Positions 1-9,847 of a stretch of 64,000 nt of DNA are shown here, piece after piece. Numbering within the stretch: the first letter of the stretch is position 1; every line of letters starts with the position of its first letter. A model generated the notes under the pieces. The model was not told the origin of the DNA, ran no database searches, and was given only the letters and a program-made list of their open reading frames with translations. Position numbers and translations under genes: made by a program. Source of the stretch: Vicugna vicugna. Its lineage: Eukaryota. The DNA lies in assembly GCA_013265495.1 (NCBI GenBank), contig MU063211.1, positions 217,058 through 281,057 on the forward strand, written 5' to 3'.

Positions 1-147
1 ATCCTCTTCCCTCCACCCCTCCTCTCCCTCTCCCTCCTCCTTCCCCCATCTGCCTTCTTCCTCACCTCCTCCTCCCTCCCCTTCCTCCTCTTCCTCTTTC
101 TCCCCCTTTTCCTCTCCCTTCTCCTCTCCCCTCCTTCCCCCTCTCCT
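1..147. repeat. CT-rich low-complexity polypyrimidine tract (intron upstream of OLFM1 Y exon)
   Basis: Nearly pure C/T on the + strand (ctcctc/ctccc/cttcc units) for about 145 nt. Confidence 0.9.
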
Positions 148-1499
148 GGGACCGGCTGTGTTTCCCTTCACGTTCCCCCTCTCCCTCCAGAATAGCAATA
201 ATTTGGGGGTGGGGAGGAGCTCAGTAAGCACCGCTCTTTGCCTCGCCAAAGGCAGCTGTCCTTAGGAACAGAGAGGCCGCCTGCCGTCGCCCTGGTTTGG
301 CGAAATTTACCTCGAAAGGGGCAAAGTTGAAATGCGGCTTTCACGCCCATTAGCTTCCGAGGCCAGGGTCCCAGGGCCCGGCTTCTCCAGCCAAGTCCCG
401 GGTCAGCGGGGAAGGGACGTGGTTGGTCCTTGGCGAGCCACAGCTGCTGCAGGTGAATCACATTAGCCCAGGATTAGCGTAATTGATTAGAGCCATTGCT
501 GAGCAGGGCTCGCTCTGGGCAGCTCTTCACATCTGACCTAATTTAGCTGTGACGAGGCGCACTGTACGTGTGCCGGGGGGAGAGACACCAACACCCTTCC
601 ATCTTCCCAGCAAGTGTGCCTTTTCTCCACCTAACTCTGGAGCTGGCTTGACCTAACGCCATATATACATATGTACGAATATGTATATAGACACCTGGAG
701 TTTACTCAGCTTCGAAATGACTAAATTGACAAATTATATGCACCTTAATTAAGGTATACATGCATGTTAATTAGAAACCCAGCCCAGATGTAAATGAGCG
801 GGTCAGATTCCACAGCCCCTGGACCAGGAAACGCTGATGCTCTGTCTTCCCGTCCTTTTTATGCTAATGTTTTCCTTTGATGTGCTCCCTGCACGAGGCA
901 AGACCTAATTCGCTTTTAAAAGCGATACATTCTATAGACGAAACGGCCAGCTAATGAAGTTATAAATCTGTCTCATAAATAAAATAAAAGCCGGCTGATC
1001 CTGGGGAGGAGAGATGGCTCCTGGTGGACGCAGGTGGGCATGTCCTTGCTTCTGACATGCACCACGAGTTATCTCGAGAAGAGATTCTGACCTGCCCAAC
1101 CGAAAAGAGCTCGTGTCTCTCCTCGGAAGGCCAGCACCCCCTTCCCTGGGGTGGACTTAGATTCCTCCGAGGACAGGGGTGTGTTCAGTAGTTTGGGGCT
1201 AGCTCGCCTTGGCAAGCACCGTCCACACAGGCCCCTGTCCCAGCTCCCCGATCTGGGCCTGTGGCTCCGGAGGAAGGAACGCGGCCTTTGCTTTGACCTC
1301 CCTTTAGCTGACTAAACACGTTCAGCAGAAATTGCTGTCAGGGCATCTGAGTACCTGTTCAAGCAGTTTGTCTGGATTAACTCGAGCCTTGCAGTGTGAT
1401 TTTTTTTTAAGTGACCGTGAAAATCTCTGTCTGTCAGTAGCTATCTGTTGAAGGCAGGTTAGTGAGCTACCTCAACAGTGTTCGTTTTCTTGCTTGCAG

Positions 1500-1505
1500 G
1501 GCTAA
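1500..1505 (+). CDS. OLFM1: OLFM1 'Y' alternative terminal exon, coding part (GGC TAA = Gly-stop) of the short AMY/BMY isoforms
   Basis: Acceptor gttttcttgcttgcAG (AG 1498-1499), candidate branch point ctcaac ~1471-1476, then GGC TAA. Known Y isoforms end ...QFKG*. It lies upstream of the Z exons and has its own poly(A) signals. Confidence 0.85.
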   Translation, partial: G

Positions 1506-1727
1506 CTTAAAAGAGTTTTTTCAATGCTGCAATGACTGAAGAAGCAGTCCACTCCCATGTAACCCTGACAGAGGCCAGAGAGCTTTTTTGCGCCCTGCAT
1601 TTTTACTATCACTTCCCAGTACTTAGCACCATGTCCCTAAGGAGCCTGAGCACAACCAGGATCTCTCCTGCATGCGACTGTAGATGCATTTCATGAATAG
1701 TCTGAACCCTTGTCAATGCATTTTTTG

Positions 1728-1764
1728 AAAACAAAAAACAAAAACAAAAAAGAAAAAAAAGAAA
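1728..1764. repeat. A-rich simple repeat in Y 3'UTR
   Basis: aaaacaaaaaacaaaaacaaaaaagaaaaaaaagaaa. Confidence 0.85.
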
Positions 1765-1819
1765 CTTTGTGTATGTGACTTAACGCATGTAACCTTAAGA
1801 TGTTGCATTCTAAACTGAC

Positions 1820-1825
1820 AATAAA
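1820..1825 (+). terminator. OLFM1: Poly(A) signal, Y isoform (proximal)
   Basis: AATAAA with upstream TGTA motifs and a downstream GU-rich element. Confidence 0.75.
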
Positions 1826-1892
1826 GACCTTTCCCAAATATGTTGGTGTTCTGAAGACTGTTTAATATGCTCTTCTAACTCCTCTGGACCAG

Positions 1893-1902
1893 AATAAATA
1901 AA
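1893..1902 (+). terminator. OLFM1: Possible second poly(A) signal for the Y exon (overlapping AATAAATAAA)
   Basis: Two overlapping AATAAA hexamers (1893-1898, 1897-1902). Confidence 0.4.
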
Positions 1903-2013
1903 CCTATAAATACAGCAGGAGTGTGCACATTTTCCCTCGCCCAGGGAGAAGCCAGGCCAAGGCAGGGAGGTACAAGTTTCTGCACGCATCGCACTGAACC
2001 CAGCTTATTTTAA

Positions 2014-2265
2014 NNNNNNNNNNNNNNNNNNNNNNNNNNNNNNNNNNNNNNNNNNNNNNNNNNNNNNNNNNNNNNNNNNNNNNNNNNNNNNNNNNNNNNN
2101 NNNNNNNNNNNNNNNNNNNNNNNNNNNNNNNNNNNNNNNNNNNNNNNNNNNNNNNNNNNNNNNNNNNNNNNNNNNNNNNNNNNNNNNNNNNNNNNNNNNN
2201 NNNNNNNNNNNNNNNNNNNNNNNNNNNNNNNNNNNNNNNNNNNNNNNNNNNNNNNNNNNNNNNNN
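2014..2265. other. OLFM1: Assembly gap (252 N), inferred to hide the first Z-specific coding exon of OLFM1
   Basis: N run. The expected AIKAKMDEL...RACMQKL exon (phase 0 to phase 1) is not visible elsewhere between the Y exon and the exon at 9375. Confidence 0.8.
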
Positions 2266-2315
2266 CGGCGCCGCCCCGCCCGCCGCCCCGCCCAGCTCGC
2301 ACAGGCTTAGGGAGT

Positions 2316-2336
2316 GGTGCTGAAGCGGACAGCGCC
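2316..2336. promoter_or_regulatory. Non-canonical RE1/NRSE (REST site) with inverted left half
   Basis: GGTGCTGAA (reverse complement of TTCAGCACC) + GC + GGACAGCGCC; both halves match the RE1 consensus exactly. Confidence 0.6.
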
Positions 2337-2426
2337 CGCGGGCTCCCGGCCCGGCTACCCCGAGAGGCAGCAGGAGCGCCCAGGCCGGCTCACGGGCCCG
2401 CCACGCTGCCCCCTGGGAAGACAGGG

Positions 2427-2441
2427 TGACGTCAGACGTCA
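2427..2441. promoter_or_regulatory. Tandem CRE (CREB/ATF) sites
   Basis: TGACGTCA (2427-2434) overlapping AGACGTCA (2434-2441). Confidence 0.5.
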
Positions 2442-5400
2442 CGCACCATCTGAAGATGTGCGTGTGTGTGCGTGTGTGGACGTGTGCTGGGGTGACTGTT
2501 TAAGACACAAGTTTCTTAGGGCTGGAAGCACACATCTCAGATTCCCCCCAGCTTGGGAGCGCGGCCGAGGGACCTCCCTGAGGTACCCGATCAGGCAGAA
2601 AATTCGACCACATCGCCGTGGAAGGCTTGCCACTCACGGCGGGAAGGGAGTCCCTCCTGGCGCCTGGAAGGGGTGGGACGAGGGCTGACAGCTCCTGGCG
2701 CCGCTGGAGCCTTACTCCTGGCTGATACCCACTCGACTTACCAGCTTTCCTTTTAGCTGCTTTAACAAACCTCGGCGTGCCAGCGTCTGAGTCCACTTTT
2801 AAATCGCCCATTTTAAATCCCGATTCCATTTTTAGTTTTCCTTAGGGAAGATTTGCCGGCCCTGCTCCCCAGCTGTTTCCTGACACGAAGGTGGTTCGTT
2901 TTCACATTGGACACTTTTCAGAGCAACTTAGGGTAGCTTTTCGGGTAATGCTGTTTGATGAAGACGTTTCCTTAGGCTTTGCCTGATGCTCTCCCTTCAT
3001 CCCCCCTTTTTTGTACTTTTTTTTGCCCCCTCTCTCCCTGAGAAGGAACAATCCTTTGCGAAATGCCCACTGAAGTGAACAATAACTTCGTCCCCTTTTT
3101 GTCTGCCCCCCAGACACACACACACTACAAATGCCTTATTATAAACTTAAAACACCCCCGAAGAACAAACACCTCTAAAAGAATCCCAGTGCTGTTCAGT
3201 GGAAGGGAGAACGCTCAAAGGGCAGGGAGCTGGAGTCGGCCGGCCCTTCTGCTTCAGCAGGTTCCCGGGTCTGGGTTATTTCTAGTGCTGTTCCAGGTGC
3301 CCTAGTAAAGGCGTAAGCTTTGAAGCTCCCAGCCCGGAGAGGACAGCGGCGGGCGTGTGAGAGCGGACCCGCTGTGACGTGTACACGCTGGCTGCGTCAC
3401 GTGAGGGGCTGTCCGCCGTGGTCTGTCACACGCGGTCACGGCGCCCAAGTCCTGGTGTGTCCGGGGCTGGGTGACCTGGGACTGTCCCGGAGGGGTCTGG
3501 GCCAGGCGGTCTCTACCAGCCCTTCCCATCTGGACAGTCCGGCAGTCAGGGGGAGCGCTCAGAATGGTCCTGGTTCTCGGGCTTATCCGCGACGGTGGGC
3601 TGCTGTGTGACCACCCTCCTTGGGCACTGTCTTTGGGCTTCTGCTCAGGAGGGCCCTGGTCCCCCCTCAGCTCCCCAGACCCTCCAGCCACTCCCGCCGG
3701 GTGTCTCGGCCTCTGAGAAACCCAGGGAGGGGAGTTCCTTTGCTACTTACTTCCCCACAGCAGCCTTTCCCCTCCCTGGTAGACAGACCATGTAGACTAG
3801 CGAGAAGCCAAGATTAAACCTGCACATTTCCCAATGCTCAGGGAGCAAGACGGAAATTCAGAGTGAGGGGTTACAGCTGATGACAAGCTAAGGGCCTTTC
3901 CGAGAGGCTGCCGCCCCTCCCGGTCGCCCGGCCTTCCCGTCCAAACTTGGCCTATTTTTGGACTAAGTGTGGGGTTTCACCTCTGAGCTTAATTCCTTCT
4001 TCAGAAAGACCTTGACCTATAGATGGACCCGCTGAGTCTGCAGGGGCCGTGGGCGGGATCTGTCTGTAACCAGTGGTGATTCGGGCGGATGTCATACGGA
4101 GAAGCCCCGGCCTGGGGGAGGCAGTGTCCTAACGTAGTTAAGTGGCACTCGCTGGCCATGTGGCTCTCCCGAGACACTGACCACTTCGCATTTCAGCCAC
4201 CTCTTCATCTGTAAAAGGAAGGTATAGGGGTCCCTGTGCAAGTCCACAGACACTACTCACATCATGGGCTGTGCACTGCCCGGTGCAGAGTAGGAGGTGG
4301 CCGGACACGTAGGCAGGTGGGTAGTAGGGAAAGATAGGCAGGTGTGATTGGTAGATGGAGAGACAGCCAGGCTAGGGAGGCAGGGAGGGAGGCCAGCAGG
4401 CGGATGGTAGGCGGGTGGGTGGGTCGGCTGGCCCGCCGGTCGGTAGGGGGATTTAGCTGCCACTGTTCCTCCCTTTTCCTAGGTGTCCGTTCAAGCTCAG
4501 TGACAAAGACCCAGCTGTCGTCTTGTGGCCACCTGGCTTAGTCTTTATTTTAGCCGTGCAAATGCTGCCGTCTTAGCAGCAGTCTCCTCGCGGGGAGTCG
4601 CGGATGAGCGGGAAACGGGGAGGCCAGCGCGTGCGCCGGGGCGGGGCTGGGGGGGAACGTCTGAAGGGGCGGCAGCCTCTGGGGGGCAGCGGGCTCTTCC
4701 CCCCACCACCCGGGGTCCTCCCGCCCCCGGGTCCGAGGCCGGCTGGTAGAGGCCTTGGTCTAGGGAGCAGCGTCTGGTTGCCCCCTGGTGTGAGGACAGG
4801 GAGGGTCCCTCCACAGCTCCCCAGAGGAGCCGTGATCCGTTCCCTCCTTGTCCCCAAATCCATGTTGCTGAGATTCCTGACCCCAGAGCACACTCGGGGA
4901 GAAAAAAACGGATGGCTGGTCCTGCTGGCTCCCTGCTTCCGTTTCAGAAGCCCTCTCTCCACGGGATTGTGTTTTTTCCTGGCGGCCAGAACTGGAACCT
5001 GAAACTCCGAGCTCTAGAACCGGGCTCTGGGCTGTCTCTCCGGGCGTCCTCTCGGGAGGCAGGTCCTCGTGGCTCTTCCGCTGCTCCTCTGCTCCCGAGA
5101 GAGGGAGAAGCAGAGCTGCCCGGCGACCCCGTCCCCCTGAGCTTTCACCGTCACCCCACGGAGAGCCTGCAGAGCACGGCCCGGCCCCTACACCAGAGAC
5201 TTAAGATCAGCACAAAACCCCGCTCGGCCAGGCCGCCTGGCCGGGCACGGCACACGCCTGTCAGTGTCAGGCCTCAGCTTTCTTGTCTGTAAGACGTGGG
5301 AAGCCCCCTCATTTCAGGGCTTCCCCGGGTTGGACCGTCCTGGGACCCCGGTTCTCACGGCCTCCACAGGAAGGGTCAGTGCAGCAGAGAGAGGGGCCCT

Positions 5401-8400
5401 TACCTCCGCCCTGGGCCTTGGATGGAGCTGGTGAGTGAGCTGCTTCCAAGGGTAGTGGATGACTTGGCACACGCGGGTTTTGCATTCAGGATGGAGAGAG
5501 AAGTTTAGGGTGCCTCAATCTCCGTCTGCAGGGGACCCATAGAACAGCAGGGAGGCAGGGAACCCAAGTCCAAGTGCTGCTCACGGCACGGCCTCGGGGG
5601 GTCCCGGCAGGCATCAGGCAGGCCCTCCGGGTTCCTTCCCGGTAGTGCTCGGGGTTTCGCATGGCGAGAGGCCTCCGACCGGCCTGGGCCTGGTCGTGCG
5701 GCCTGTGTGCAGGGAGGCTGCTGCCCACCGGGTCACTTTGTCTGCAGGGACGTTAGTCTGTCTAAGTTGCCAGCTTTGCAAACTCTTCCGGCTTAACTGT
5801 CCCTAGTCTTTAAGGGGCAAAAGCTGGGGCCAAGGGAGATGCGCCCGGAGGCCAGGCAGTCCCAGGACCAGTCCGCCTGCTGTGGGGCACTCAGCCCCCT
5901 CAGTCTGGTCTCTGGCCTGCGTGCTCAGTGGGCATGTCACTCCAGGCCCCTTTGGGAGATCACCTGGGCTGTCATTCAGATGTGGCCTCCTTCTAGGAAC
6001 AGCAAGAGGCAGGTGACTTCAGCCGCAGGGACCCTGCTTCGTCCACGCTCCCAGCTCGGCGGGCGGCCCCCCGAGACCCACCCCAGGCTGCCGGGCTCAG
6101 GCCCTTCCAGCTGGCTGAGCTGTGCGGGAGCCCAGCCTCCTCTGCTGGGCACCTGCTGGCCTCTGCCCTCCCCTCCCTTCCCTGGACACAAATCCTGAGC
6201 GCTCGTGACAAGAGAGGGACACTTTCCCGAACTGAATGTGCCAAGACTCCGCCTCGCGGCTCTGCCTCGGGGCTTTTTCAGACCCTGTCAGTTCCCGAGG
6301 TCTTGGCAGAACCAGTCTGGACAGAGAACCAAAAATAGCTCCCTGACTCAGGCAGGGCGGGCAGCCTTCAGCCCCAGCGGAGAGCTGAGCCCGCAGCCGG
6401 GAGGTTGACGGGGGGCTCCCGGGCCAGCTGGGCCTCCTCTGCCGGCTCTAACCCGTGGTTTTAGGGCTCCCTCCAAGGGCCGGGGGAGGGCGGGCTTAGC
6501 CCCTCGGGCAGGGGAGGGAGTGGGAGACCGCTGCAGACCCCCCCACCCCCGCCCGCAGACTGGTGTCCTTCTCCTGGACGCAGTGGGACCGTCCAGCGCA
6601 GCCCCTGGCCTGGACAGTCTCAGGGCGAGTGCCCGGTGCTGCTGGTGGCTGCTGGCCTTGCCGGCACTTCCTCTGCTTCGGGCATCCTGCTAAGGCTCCC
6701 CCCGTTAACTGCTTAACCCCCCACGGCCACCTCAGACGTGAGGCCCCTGTGCAGATAAGGCAGCCCTCCATCTAGGCCGTGCTGCGCAGAGGCAGCCTGT
6801 CCCCCCACCCCAACCCCTCCACCAGGATGCGAAGCCAAGCAGGGTTTTCCGAGAGATGGATGACTTCGCCTCTCAGGACCTGAGAGAGGAGTCATCCGCC
6901 CGTTTGTCCGTTTATGCCTTTGGGCCGCTCCCCAGGCCGAGCCGTGTTGGTGGGGTGGGGGTGCAGGTGATGAGCGAGTGCCGCGGCGTCCCGCCTGGGG
7001 CGGTGAGAGCCAGACGCCCGTCCACCCCGGGGCTGAGGGCCCAGCCTGAGGCAGGGAGGCAGGGAGGCAGGGTGCCAGGGTGCGTGCTGTTCAGAAGGGA
7101 GGGGGCTCTGCAGAGACATGAGTGTGGGTCCAGGCACAGAAGGCAGGCGGGCAGGTGGGCGCGGGGTGGGGACGGCGCCCCGGTGAGGGGTTGGCCTGAG
7201 CGAAGGTGTGGAGGCAGAAGAGCCGCGGGCGTCCACCCGCCACCTGCACCTTCTGCGTCTGTCTCCGTGGGGGGCGCTCATCGCAGGTCGGGTGTGGACG
7301 CTGCCGGCTGGGTTAGGGCGTTGGCGAGAGCGGGCGTCCCACTGGGAGATGTGTCGGCGATGCAGACCAGCAGGGGTCCCACCCAGCCCCGGAACCTTGA
7401 CACCCTTGGGGCCATGGCACCTTTGGGCTTGTCCTTCCAGGCGGCCAAAGGACCTCCGCGGCGGGGAGGCCCTGCACGGGACACTGGGCCATCTTAGTGG
7501 GCGCTGGCCTCCCGGCGGCAGGGAGAGGGCTGTTGCTGGTGCGAGATGGCCCCTAATAGCACCCCCCAGTTCCCATCCAGTTCGGAGGGCCTGCTGTCCC
7601 CCAGGGGCAGCCCAGAGGCCCCTCCCCGGGGTCATAGGAACAATGAGAGTGCTGTGAGGGGCCCCCTCCCGACGGGACCCTCAGGGAACCCCACCTGGAA
7701 GCCCCAGGGCCGCCGTGGGATGAAAGCGCGGTCCGGGGCTCCCGTGGGCAGCCGCGTTCCCATGAGATTCCCAGAAACCCACTTGCGTTTGCTTCCTTCC
7801 AGTCGCAGTAGACGCCAGCCGCCCTGGACGCAACGTCCGGTCCCGCTTGTGTCTGTCGCGCCTCACGGGCTGGGGTGCTGTGGGCGGGGCGGGGCGGGCA
7901 GACGTGCGCTCCACAGGGGCCGCACACGGGCTGCTGGGGAGCCTCAGGCCTCAGGCCGGGAGGGGACGGGATTTAGGTGGGAAAGTGCGTAACTCCTTCT
8001 GAGAGGGGAACAAGCCAGACACACACGGGGAAGGGATGGGACCCTAAAAGTAGTGGTGGCTTTGTTTTTGTTTTTTGTTTGTTTTTTTCAAATGTGGGCC
8101 AGAGGCAGCAGCCCGGGGAGCGGGGCAGCGTGACTTGATGAGAATCTGGGAGTAAAGCCACATTTCTTCTGCTTACAGCCGGCTCCTAGTCCCTGCCCAG
8201 AGCCCCGCATTGCCCAGATGCGGGCTCTCCCGCCACCACAGCGTGGCAGCGCCAGGCGCTGGGCAGGGCCGGGTCAAGGGTCCCTCCCTGGGCTTGTTCA
8301 GTGATGCTGATGCGTTGACTTGCCCCTCTTGGAGTTGGAGGAGGCTGGAGAGGCGGGCGTGGCCCTCCCGGGCCTGGCCGGCGGTGCTCCGCGGGATTTT

Positions 8401-9028
8401 CCTGTCCAAGTCGCGGTCCCCGGGCTGTCACCAGCACTCTCCCCTGAACTTCACAGCCGCCCGTGCACAGACGCTCACGCGGGGCAGTCTGGCAGAGCCG
8501 GCCTGGCCCGGGGCGGGGGGGTCGTCGCAGAGACCTGCCCTCCGAGCAGCGCCCGCTTCCTGCCCGAGGGGCGGGTCGGCTCCCGGGCGCGGGAGCACTG
8601 CCCCTCTGAGGCCGGCTGGGGTTATCTATTCCGGAAGGCTGCGGGCGCTGTGCACGCAGGCTGGCGTCCAGGTGGCAGGAGGGGGTTCCTGCTTGACTCT
8701 CTGGCCGCCCCTGGCCGGCGGGGGCAGCCTGGGGGGCCCACGGGGCTGTGGGAAGGGCGCCGGGCTGAGTCGGGAGGGTGGGCCCCCACTTCAGCCCTGC
8801 CTGAGTGGCGGTGCGGCCCCGGTGTGTCCCAGCCTCCGCCTGTGAGATGGGAGGGCGCTGGCGTCCCCACCCACGCTCCCCGCTCTTAAACCCCAGCCTC
8901 CAGCCCCTGGGCTCCTCCTCCGGGCAGAAGGGGGTCCTCACCCTGCGGGGAAGCTCACAGGGCCTCGCGTGGGAAGGCGGCCTTCCTCCCAGCCTGGCTC
9001 TAGCTGCTGGAGGGGCACAGGGCGCTGA

Positions 9029-9847
<819 letters not shown>

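Larger units (their letters stand above)
1506..1845 (+). other. OLFM1: 3'UTR of OLFM1 Y isoforms (end approximate)
   Basis: AT-rich sequence after the Y stop, several TGTA elements (~1558, 1679, 1770, 1788), AATAAA at 1820 and a GU-rich tract (tatgttggtgttctg) just downstream. Confidence 0.75.
2266..2720. promoter_or_regulatory. Intragenic CpG-rich element with GC boxes, RE1 half-sites and CREs
   Basis: Dense CpG, tandem CGCCGCCCCGCC x2 (2269-2292), RE1 halves at 2316-2336, CRE at 2427-2441. Confidence 0.55.
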
